Positions 50,452 through 58,978 of a stretch of DNA of 64,000 nt are shown here, in pieces. The translations under genes and the position numbers were made by a program. The first letter of the stretch is position 1, and each line of letters opens with the position of its first letter. This stretch comes from an uncultured Chloroflexia bacterium (GTDB taxonomy: Bacteria; Chloroflexota; Chloroflexia; QHBQ01; JADMIH01): assembly GCA_963797095.1 (NCBI GenBank), contig CAWCNY010000005.1:256001-320000 (forward strand). Reading direction: 5' to 3'. Under the pieces are notes generated by a model. The model was given only the letters and a program-made list of their open reading frames with translations. It made no database searches and was not told the origin of the DNA.

Positions 50452-50729
50452 AACGATACCAATCCCTCCATAATGCGTCCACGAAATAGCAAGCGCCGTG
50501 GGGGATTTACGCGCCTTATGCCTTAACTACATTTCTGCTCCTTGGTCGGTTCATGTCCCGCACCCGCCCCCCGACATCCTGTGCCACTCAACCTGGATGA
50601 GCCAGGCCGCTCCACGCCACGCATCTTACTCGGGGCCACGAGAAACTTGTAGTATACTAACCGCGTAGTCACGGTCGGCTTTTCATACTATTTCATCCGG
50701 CACCGCGGCACTCATCAGGAGGCAAACCA

Positions 50730-51401
50730 ATGGACAAAATAATCGACGAGCAAATCGCCTACTACCGCGCCCGCGCCCAGGAATACGACGCCTCCCTGTC
50801 AGTCGCCACCCCCTCCTCACCTGGCATACCCCGGGTCGATCAATTCCAGGGCGAATTGGCTTCCGCCGCCAACCTTCTCAAGCAGCAAGGCCCCTCCAAC
50901 GAAACGTTGGAGCTTGCCTGCGGCACCGGCATCTGGACCCAACTCCTTCTCACAATCTCCAATCATGTGACCGCCCTCGACGCCGCCCCCGAAATGCTAG
51001 CCATTGCCCGCGCCAAACTGGGCGACGACCGCATTGACTACCACCAGGCCGACCTCTTCCAATGGCAGCCCGACAAACAATACGACCTCGTCTTCTTCGC
51101 CTTCTGGCTCTCCCACGTCCACCCCGATGCCCTCGACTCTTTCCTGGACGCCGCGAGCCGCGCCGTCAAACCTGCCGGTCGCCTCATCATTATCGACCAG
51201 TACGTCCCCACCAACTCCGATGCCCAGGTAGCCAGGGACGAAATCTACGCCGAGCGCCCGCTACAGGACGGCCGTACCTTCACAATCGTCAAGGTCTTCT
51301 ACAGCCTCGACCTCCTCCGCGAAAAGCTCACCAACCTCGGCTTCTCGGTCCAGCCCGTGCCCGTGGGATCCTCCTTCTTCTACCTGTCGGCCCAACTCTG
51401 A
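50730..51401 (+). CDS. Class I SAM-dependent methyltransferase
   Basis: 'YYRARAQEYD', 'LELACGTG', 'FFAFWLSHV'. SD AGGAGG. Confidence 0.88.
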   Translation: MDKIIDEQIAYYRARAQEYDASLSVATPSSPGIPRVDQFQGELASAANLLKQQGPSNETLELACGTGIWTQLLLTISNHVTALDAAPEMLAIARAKLGDDRIDYHQADLFQWQPDKQYDLVFFAFWLSHVHPDALDSFLDAASRAVKPAGRLIIIDQYVPTNSDAQVARDEIYAERPLQDGRTFTIVKVFYSLDLLREKLTNLGFSVQPVPVGSSFFYLSAQL

Positions 51402-51480
51402 AAACCCCGCCCTAACCCTGATCCTGGGTGGCCTATCACCGTCCGGAACAGGTCCTGTCACGAGACAGTCACTTCTCGCC

Positions 51481-52836
51481 ATGGACGTCCTCCATCCAGC
51501 GGGACCTCTACCAGGCAAGACGGCCACCACAGGTACCGCTTCGCACCAACATGCAAAGCTGGCCCTAATCCTCCTGCTGGGCCTCTTGATCCGGTTGCCC
51601 TCAATCCTGACCGCCTACCCGCATTCCGATGATGTCCGCACATATAAGGAGTGGGGTGCGACAATCCAGGCTCACGGGCTGCCCGCCGCCTACGACGACC
51701 CCACCATCAATTATCCGCCTTTACTCCTCTACCTGATCCGCGGTGCTGCATGGCTGCAAGCGAACATCACTTCGCTGCCCACCGCATCCCCAAACGATTA
51801 TAGCCTCGTATCCCTCACACTCCAGATTGCCACCGCCGCCACCGATCTCGCTACCGCCTGTCTCCTGGCTGCCCATTTTTGGCGCCGCCGAGGCAACCTC
51901 GCCCTGCTCGTCGCGGGCCTTTACCTCTTCAATCCCGCCGTCCTCTACGTCTCCTCAGTCTGGGGCCAGCTCGATTCGATCTATACCCTCTTCATGGTTG
52001 CCGCCGTGCTCGCTCTCGAACGCCGTGCCGTCCTCCCCGCCTGGCTCTTGGTGGCCATCGCGCTCGCCACCAAGCTCCAGAGCATCTCCCTCACCCCCAT
52101 CTTCCTCGCCTGGACCCTTGTCAAGCATGGCATACGTGGCCTCCTCTCCGGCCTGGCAACCGCCGTCGCCACCCTCTCTCTCCTCTGGGCCCCTTGGCTT
52201 CTGTCCGGCCACACAGACCCCCTCCTAAAAGTCTACACCTCTCCAGGTGTGGAGCGAGCCGTAGTCAGCGGCTTCAACCTCTGGTACCTCCTCCTGGGAG
52301 GAGACCTATCCATGCCTTCGACGGCCCAACCAACCTCCCTACCCCTTTCCTACCAAACCATTGGTGAGATACTCTTCGCGCTGTTGGCCGCGCTCATCAC
52401 ATGGCTGGCCGTCAGCAGGGGCCACAGCCTCCCAATCCCATCCGCGGCCCTCGCGCTCGCGCTCTTCACCGTCCTTCCCGACATCCACGAACGCCACTCC
52501 TACCCCACCCTGGCGCTCCTCCTCCTCGCCGCCGCCCACCATACCCTCGAATGCTCTCGCTCCACCGCCCACTTTTCGGTCCACTGGTGGGCCTATGGCG
52601 CTCTCACCATTGTGACCCTCTTCAACCTTGTAACAATATACCCCGCGCCTCCCCTCGAACCCCTGAGCCTCCTGGAGAACCCTCCCAACTCTCCAATCGA
52701 GCTCGTACTGAAGGACCTCTCCTTTCTGGCCGCCATCGTGAATATCGCCCTCCTGGTCTGGCTGATCTGCAACCTCCTGCCCACAAGACAGCATGAGGCA
52801 TCCTCGACCCCCACGACTGAACTGCATCCTGATTGA
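51481..52836 (+). CDS. GT-C fold membrane glycosyltransferase (GT87/mannosyltransferase-like)
   Basis: Polytopic; 'NYPP', 'FNPA', 'WGQLDS', 'HERH'. Confidence 0.75.
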   Translation: MDVLHPAGPLPGKTATTGTASHQHAKLALILLLGLLIRLPSILTAYPHSDDVRTYKEWGATIQAHGLPAAYDDPTINYPPLLLYLIRGAAWLQANITSLPTASPNDYSLVSLTLQIATAATDLATACLLAAHFWRRRGNLALLVAGLYLFNPAVLYVSSVWGQLDSIYTLFMVAAVLALERRAVLPAWLLVAIALATKLQSISLTPIFLAWTLVKHGIRGLLSGLATAVATLSLLWAPWLLSGHTDPLLKVYTSPGVERAVVSGFNLWYLLLGGDLSMPSTAQPTSLPLSYQTIGEILFALLAALITWLAVSRGHSLPIPSAALALALFTVLPDIHERHSYPTLALLLLAAAHHTLECSRSTAHFSVHWWAYGALTIVTLFNLVTIYPAPPLEPLSLLENPPNSPIELVLKDLSFLAAIVNIALLVWLICNLLPTRQHEASSTPTTELHPD

Positions 52837-52938
52837 CATGCAAAGGTCAGGATGCTAATATGTGCGGGCTTACACACCAACAACACCCCAATCGCTTCGG
52901 CCACTTGCCGCCGTTCGAGGAGAAGGAGTATTGAGATC

Positions 52939-53586
52939 ATGACCAGTTACGGATCACCACCGGGCGGCACGCCGCCGGGAGACCAGTCGAACATACCCCC
53001 CGGCGGTTACCAGCCACCGCCAGGATACCCACCGCCACAGGCGTATCCACCTCCACAGGGTCAGCAGCCTCAACCGGAGGCGCAACCCCCACAGTACATA
53101 CCCCCACAGTACATACCCCCACAGGGCGCTATGCCCCCGCCCGGCGCGCCGCCACCCATGGCACCCGCTCCCGGCCCCCCGCGCAGAAGGTCGCCCTTGC
53201 TCATCATCGTTGGCATTGTGGTGGCCGCGATTCTGGTGTGTGTGTTGGCGGTCTTCCTGCTCGTTGGCGTGGTCTTTACCGCTACACAACCCGTTGTCGA
53301 TGCGGGTGACGCTTTTATGCGTGCCTTGCGCGATGGCGATTACAACGCAGCCTTTGACCTTTCAGCCCCCTCCCTCCAGGCCGAGGCGGGCAACCCGGCG
53401 GGCATTGAAACCGCACTCAGCTTCAAGCAACCCGCAAGCTGGAGTTTCACCTCCCGCAACATAAACAACAACGACGGCAGCCTCTCCGGCACAACCACCT
53501 ACAAAGACGGTTCGACCGGCACAGTCGAAATGGCCCTCACAAAGGTCGGCAACGACTGGAAGGTGACAGGCATCAACCTCAAGTGA
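52939..53586 (+). CDS. Proline-rich single-pass membrane protein with a small NTF2-like extracellular domain
   Basis: ATG after AAGGAG; PPGY/PPQY repeats; TM helix; 'F..AL..GDY.AA', 'WKV'. Confidence 0.7.
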   Translation: MTSYGSPPGGTPPGDQSNIPPGGYQPPPGYPPPQAYPPPQGQQPQPEAQPPQYIPPQYIPPQGAMPPPGAPPPMAPAPGPPRRRSPLLIIVGIVVAAILVCVLAVFLLVGVVFTATQPVVDAGDAFMRALRDGDYNAAFDLSAPSLQAEAGNPAGIETALSFKQPASWSFTSRNINNNDGSLSGTTTYKDGSTGTVEMALTKVGNDWKVTGINLK

Positions 53587-53886
53587 CCTGAACTTGCCAT
53601 AAGCTCCAAATAAGGGAGCCACTTCCAGCACCGGCCTCCCGACCCAGGTCCTCCGCACAATAGCGTGCCACTTGACAGCCCTGGTCCCGCCCCCGAAATG
53701 CTAGTCAGCGCCTGCGTCAAACCAGGCGCTTTGTTCTTCTCCCTCACTGCTCAAACACACTTAGCAATCACATCTTGTATCGTGTGCTATAATATACCTC
53801 AACTCATGATGGCATCCCTTGTCGATTGGGAGGCACATGAATCCCGTACCAGGTAACAGGCCGGAGATATCCACATTGGAGGGGTT

Positions 53887-54297
53887 ATGGCAGGCAATAA
53901 CAACGGTGTCACTACTAGCGATCCTCAAGCGCAGGAACGAATCACCTCCACCAGAAAAGCACAACCCAAACCAATGCCCAAATGGGAATCCGACGTGCGC
54001 GAGCGCATCAAGACTGCGATCCGCCGCTATACACCTCACTTGAACGGCCTCGTGTCGCGCGATGCCAACGAAGGCGATACTCGCCTGCTGATAACCGACT
54101 TCTTATGTGACGCTCTTGGCTACGACAAATATTCGGACTTAACCACCGAGTATCTTGTCAAAGGCGAATTCGCCGATTACGGTGTTCGAATAGACAAACA
54201 ACTGGTGGCGTTTATCGAAGTCAAACGCGCCACCACTAAACTTGACAAGAAACACCTGCGCCAGGTAGAGATGTACGCGGTAATACCAGTGAGCTAA
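53887..54297 (+). pseudogene. Type I restriction HsdR N-terminal-like PD-(D/E)xK nuclease, apparently truncated
   Basis: 'NEGDTR', 'LGYD', 'EY', 'ADY', 'IEVKR', 'Q...YA'. Stops before the usual 'LTNG' segment. Confidence 0.65.
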
Positions 54298-54396
54298 CAC
54301 AGTCTGATCATTGGGGAAAGCTGTCAAAGCGGCTGTCCATCTTAACCAAACAGGGACGCCTGCAAAACAAACGTCCCTTTATAGTATTCAGTTCTC

Positions 54397-54434
54397 TGGT
54401 CGGGGCGCCGCGATTCGAACGCGGGACCTCTTGA
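54397..54434 (-). tRNA. tRNA-Pro(GGG), 3' exon (positions 39-76)
   Basis: TCAAG-AGGTC-CCGCG-TTCGAAT-CGCGG-CGCCCCG-A-CCA. Confidence 0.92.
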
Positions 54435-56906
54435 GTAGGGTAAAAGACCAGCTCTTGGCTTTTGGACCAAGAAACCAACCTCTGCCCTCCGAACCGGACG
54501 TGCGACTTTCATCGCATCCGGCTCTCCAAGAATCTCACTCTTCCAACTGATTAGCGTTGGCGCAGGTCGTATAACAGGTCCGCAAGCTTGATACTGTCGT
54601 ATTCTCCCCTGTGGACTTTTCCGTGACACGACTGGCATACAGGAACTTGCTTTCTGTTGAGAGCACGCATGATGGCTTTGAAGCCAATTGCCGGTTTACC
54701 GTCTGCCTTTCTGATGTGGCGAACGTGGCGCATAACCACCCCATCCGTCTCACCGCAGATTACGCAGGGGTATCCCAGCTTTGAGCGCGTTCTCATCCTC
54801 GTCGCCATCTGTATCAGGTCTGTAGGTTGGTCGCCGTTTGCAAAGGCGTACCTATCTACTTTCCAGTCCCGGTTGACGTAGAACTTGACCGTGCGGTCCT
54901 TCCTCCCGTCCTGGGCTTTGATTACAAACGTAAGCTCTCGCCCATGTTTGCGGTAGATGGAGGCCGAGGTTGCTTTGAGTTTCATACTCAACGTCTTTGC
55001 ACAAGACATTGATAAGACGAATTGGATTCTCGTCAGGCTTCCAAAATTGTCGGTGAACCTGTAGTAACTCTGTATCCCACGATTGATACCGCTGTACAGA
55101 CTTACTATTTGGTCCACGTCCAGGTTTGTCCAGCCTGCTTTGGCCGTTGGTTCCCCTTCTTTGGTACAGAACCCCCTGTCTGCAAGTTTCTCAACAATTC
55201 TCGCTATCGGGGCTTTCATGACCGTCTCCCAGCCAGTGGAGCACCTTTTGAAGGGCTTTCCCCACCTGTTGGTAGTGGTCACGATTTTCGGCTCTCCACC
55301 GTCGCCGGGGCCGATTTGAAGGAGCGTTCCGAGAAATGTAGCTTCTTCTTTCCTGGCTTGGGTGATCCGGGTTTTCTCCTCGCTGAGCGTCAGTTTTAGT
55401 TCCTGACTAAGGAAGCATTTGAGTTCTTCCTTTATCTCCACCGCGAGTGAGTGCGGGCCTTGAATTCCAATTAGCCAGTCATCGGCGTATCGCAGGTATT
55501 TTATCCGGATGAAGTTCGGGTCCGCCGGGTCAATAGCTGGGGTGGTTCTGATTTGCCTGGATAGCGTTTTGAACTCTAGACTTTGTCTGTCGCCCCGTTT
55601 CCGTAGAGTATCCCTACGTTCGACAAGGCTCCGGTACTTGGCATTTCGGCGTTTCGTCTCGCCCCTTTCGTACCTCACTCTTAGCTGTTCAACTCTCTGG
55701 TCTAGTTGGTCTAAGTAGATATCGGCTAAGATTGGGCTTACTATTCCGCCTTGTGGCGTTCCCGCAAGACTGTCTTTGCGCTCGTCCCGCATATCCATGT
55801 ATCCGGCTTTCAGTAGCTTTCGAATTAGGTTGATAAACCGTTCGTCCGCTATCTTCGTGCGCAGGATACTTTCCAGAACTCCGTGGTCTATCTCATCGAA
55901 GCAGGCCCTGATGTCCCCTTCAATTATCCAGTTTACCGCCGACCACCTGGTACGGAACTCTCGCAGCGCCGTATGGCAGCTGCGATTTCGTCTAAACCCA
56001 TGACTTGACTGGTGGAAGTACGGCCCTTGTGAGCTGTCGTAGATAGCTTCCAAAATCATTCGCATGACTTCTTGGACTATCTTGTCTCGTACTGACGGTA
56101 TTCCGAGTCTCCGCATCTTGCCGTTGGCTTTCGGTATAAGTACCGTTCGCACAGGTTTGAATTGAAAGGTCTCGTCACGCATCTGCCGGATTATTCTCTG
56201 GATTTCGTCCATTGAAAATCCATCGAGCGTTTCGCCGTCCGTTCCTGGGGTCATGTTTCCGGGCTTAGACTTGACTCTCTCGTAGGCCAGTACGTACAAG
56301 TCTTCCCTGTACATGAACCTATAGAGGTCTTTGTTTTGCCAGTCCCTGGTGCTATTCAGTTGTTCAAGTGCCTTCACTCTCTGGAAGGCCTGTTCATTAC
56401 TCATCCGAGTAAGCCCTCCTTTCGATGAAGTTAGATTCTCTGTGGCCCTTTCCCGTGTCTCACCCATTACGGTGAGTTTTTGAGTACTATGGCCACTCCG
56501 TAACCCTGGCCCTCACGGGCTTTAGGTCATCCCGAAGTTGCTTAGAAGTCTCGGTTCGTACTTAGGTGCCCATTTCGTTAGTATCCCGCTCCCTGCGGTC
56601 GTCCCCGGTAAGAGCGTTCGCCAGAACTGGGGTTCACTTCCGGCGATACCGGGCTTAGGCATCAACGTCACTGCCTAAGAGTCCTTGATTGACTGACCTA
56701 ACTTGGGTTCGAGTAGTATAACCCTCACCATATACGACCTGGCTGACTGTCCATCTCGATGGTGACGTTCCATCTCAAACAGCCTTTTGGCATCATGCTG
56801 CTGTCCCCTCTCCCTTTCGGGTTCAGGTAAGATGCTGCTTTAGTCACTTTCGCTCTAGTGACACCACACCTCCTGTGGCAGAAACTTCTAAACCACATCG
56901 GCGCAC
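54435..56906 (-). mobile_element. Group IIA intron (2,472 nt) inside tRNA-Pro(GGG)
   Basis: 5' end GTGCG; domain V GAGAGCCGGATGCGATGAAAGTCGCACGTCCGGTTC; domain VI ending CCCTAC; EBS1 ACCCCA (56633-56628) and EBS2 TCAAG (56688-56684) match exon 1. Confidence 0.93.
54551..56404 (-). CDS. ltrA: Group II intron reverse transcriptase/maturase with C-terminal HNH-type domain (LtrA/mitochondrial-like lineage)
   Basis: 'KSKPGNMTPG.DGETLDG', 'RRLGIP', 'SHGFR', 'IEGDI..CFD', 'GTPQGG', 'RYADD', maturase X region, 'CVICG...RHVRH...NRKQVPVCQSCH'. ATG after AAAGGAGG. Confidence 0.95.
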   Translation of the reverse strand: MSNEQAFQRVKALEQLNSTRDWQNKDLYRFMYREDLYVLAYERVKSKPGNMTPGTDGETLDGFSMDEIQRIIRQMRDETFQFKPVRTVLIPKANGKMRRLGIPSVRDKIVQEVMRMILEAIYDSSQGPYFHQSSHGFRRNRSCHTALREFRTRWSAVNWIIEGDIRACFDEIDHGVLESILRTKIADERFINLIRKLLKAGYMDMRDERKDSLAGTPQGGIVSPILADIYLDQLDQRVEQLRVRYERGETKRRNAKYRSLVERRDTLRKRGDRQSLEFKTLSRQIRTTPAIDPADPNFIRIKYLRYADDWLIGIQGPHSLAVEIKEELKCFLSQELKLTLSEEKTRITQARKEEATFLGTLLQIGPGDGGEPKIVTTTNRWGKPFKRCSTGWETVMKAPIARIVEKLADRGFCTKEGEPTAKAGWTNLDVDQIVSLYSGINRGIQSYYRFTDNFGSLTRIQFVLSMSCAKTLSMKLKATSASIYRKHGRELTFVIKAQDGRKDRTVKFYVNRDWKVDRYAFANGDQPTDLIQMATRMRTRSKLGYPCVICGETDGVVMRHVRHIRKADGKPAIGFKAIMRALNRKQVPVCQSCHGKVHRGEYDSIKLADLLYDLRQR

Positions 56907-56945
56907 ACCCCATTCAAGTGCGCTACCGGGCTGCGCTACGCCCCG
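56907..56945 (-). tRNA. tRNA-Pro(GGG), 5' exon (positions 1-38)
   Basis: CGGGGCG-TA-GCGC-AGCCCGGTA-GCGC-A-CTTGA-AT-GGG-GT. Acceptor and anticodon stems pair perfectly with the 3' exon. Confidence 0.92.
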
Positions 56946-56977
56946 AAACCGTGCCTCATCTCAGCGGCACGACCCTA

Positions 56978-57006
56978 ATTATACCAGAACCGCCCCAACC
57001 CTGCAA
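56978..57006 (-). promoter_or_regulatory. Sigma70-type promoter of the intron-containing tRNA gene
   Basis: TTGCAG-17 nt-TATAAT with extended -10 TGn, about 32 nt upstream of the tRNA. Confidence 0.7.
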
Positions 57007-57293
57007 ACCACCCCGACCCAAACACCAGGGCGGACGCAAAGTCAGGCACGAACCCGCAATTATGGTCGCTGGAACCCTTTCCGAGAAAGTAGCTCTTGCC
57101 ATTGACGCCTAGCCGGACCTGGCAATATGCCGGTCACGGTTGCCCAACCAGCTAACTTCGCATTGACGCCTGACTTTGCATCCGCCCTGGACCCAAAACA
57201 AAAGAGGCACCCCAAACAAAGAGTGCCCCATGACTACCAACAAGCAACCAGGAACTTGGAACTTGGAACCCCAATCCGACTACCGACTACCAA

Positions 57294-58124
57294 CTACTCC
57301 CTCTCCACCGGAAACTGTATCTCCGTAACCCACTTCGACTGGTCCCCATTCCTCTTGTACTCCAGGTTCAACTCCCGACTTGGCCCCGCGATCTTATACC
57401 CCGACCGCTCAAGCCAGCTACCAATCGCCCCATAAGCCGCGCTCAGCGTCGAAAACGGCCCGTGATGCACCACGCTCGCCATATTCTCCACCCCGGGCAA
57501 CTCCTCGATCCTCACCCGCTCGCTATCCTTGATCCTGCTGTTAGTAGGGATCGATATCCCCACTTGCACATCATTAGGCTGCACCCCAGGGTCGCCGAAC
57601 CATAGCGCCGTGGGCGGACCGCTAATCTCCCCACCATTCCTCGCCACATGCTCCAGCACCTCGTCAAACAACCGGTCAAAAGTCACACCCACCACGTCCA
57701 TACTGGGCACAACATCGCGCACCATAGCCACGCGCACCGGCTCGACGCGCTTCACAACAACCTCATAGTCAGGCATCTTACCCTCCAATTCAATCTGCTC
57801 GATGCGGGCTTCAACCCGCGCCAATCTCTCCTTGATCTCATGCGCCTGCGCCTGAAGCTCGGCCCGCTTCACCTTCAACATCCCCCTGATCTCCTCCGTC
57901 GGAAGCTCATCGCCCAGCAATTGCCTTATCTGCTCCAACCACAGCCCCAACTCCTTCAAAGCCAGTATCCGGTGCAGCATCCCCAGTTGGTCGAACGAAT
58001 AATACCGGCACCCTGTCCACCGGTCCACGTCCGCAGGTCGCAGCAGCCCTACCTCGTCGTAATACCGCAACCCCGATACCGACACCTGCCCCAATCGCGC
58101 AAACTCTCCAATCTTCAGTCGCAT
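57294..58124 (-). CDS. MerR-family regulator with GyrI-like effector domain (BmrR-like)
   Basis: 'LKIGEFA..VS..LRYYD..GLL.P', 'HHGPF', 'GPSRE', 'TEIQFPV'. Confidence 0.9.
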   Translation of the reverse strand: MRLKIGEFARLGQVSVSGLRYYDEVGLLRPADVDRWTGCRYYSFDQLGMLHRILALKELGLWLEQIRQLLGDELPTEEIRGMLKVKRAELQAQAHEIKERLARVEARIEQIELEGKMPDYEVVVKRVEPVRVAMVRDVVPSMDVVGVTFDRLFDEVLEHVARNGGEISGPPTALWFGDPGVQPNDVQVGISIPTNSRIKDSERVRIEELPGVENMASVVHHGPFSTLSAAYGAIGSWLERSGYKIAGPSRELNLEYKRNGDQSKWVTEIQFPVERE

Positions 58125-58161
58125 AACACTCCCCACTTCCCACTCGAAGATCTTCACCCCC

Positions 58162-58192
58162 ACCATACACCTTCAACCAACCTGAGAGTCAA
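58162..58192 (-). promoter_or_regulatory. MerR-type promoter with 19-bp spacer
   Basis: TTGACT-19 nt (imperfect dyad CTCA...TGAAG)-TATGGT directly upstream of the MerR gene. Confidence 0.6.
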
Positions 58193-58978
58193 TACCATCA
58201 CCCTCAATTCACCCCAAAATCGCAAAAAACTACCCATTTGGCAGTATCCAAAACCAAACAAATGTGCTAAGATCCTACATAGAAGTACTTTCACCTCCCT
58301 GCTGCGCAGCATGGAGGACATAGAGACAAGACTGGTGTCCCTATGCAGCTTTGCGTTTGTACCTTACAAACCACATAAACAACCACCACAACTACCAGCA
58401 CTTTACAAACCAAAAGAATGGTCAGCCAAAAGCCGGTGGCTGTCTCAACACCACCAACCGCTCCGGTCTCCCACCACCGGCCCCTAACGGGACCAACACG
58501 GAGCAGTAATCCAGTGTGCATTCGTGTCACACCCTCTATAGGCACGAGGAACCCTGCGCCACACGTACCAGTTGCGCCATAGGGACATCATTCCTACAAG
58601 CAACCCACATAATAAGGACGAAGGGTGCATGAAACCCCAAAGACCCACATGCACCCCCTTCCCCATACCCACCAACCAATAAGCACTAACCAATACGAAA
58701 TACGCAGTACGCAATACCAACCCACTTCGTGCCCTTCGACTTCCTTCGCTTCTTCGCGTACATAAAGACCCAAAGTCCACCAGCCCCCTGCCATGACACC
58801 AACCCCCACTTCCTCACTCCTCACTCCTCACTCGTCTTCTCGTCTTTTTCGTCCTTGCATATTCCAACGGTTGTGCTATAATCATCTACGGTCTGCCCAA
58901 TTCCTACGGGCCGATCAACGTGCATGTGTCAATCAAGAGGAGTGAGCAGTTCATATATATCTCGAAAGGAGTAAAGGT

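Noticed and set aside
54397-54434. tRNA-Pro 3' fragment as an att-site duplication of an integrative element
   Set aside because: The 5' half at 56907-56945 has no 3' half of its own, the halves join without overlap, and the intervening DNA has group II intron ends and no integrase.
54551-56404. RT as a retron, DGR, Abi or CRISPR-associated RT
   Set aside because: It has maturase X and HNH-type domains and is followed directly by canonical domains V and VI.
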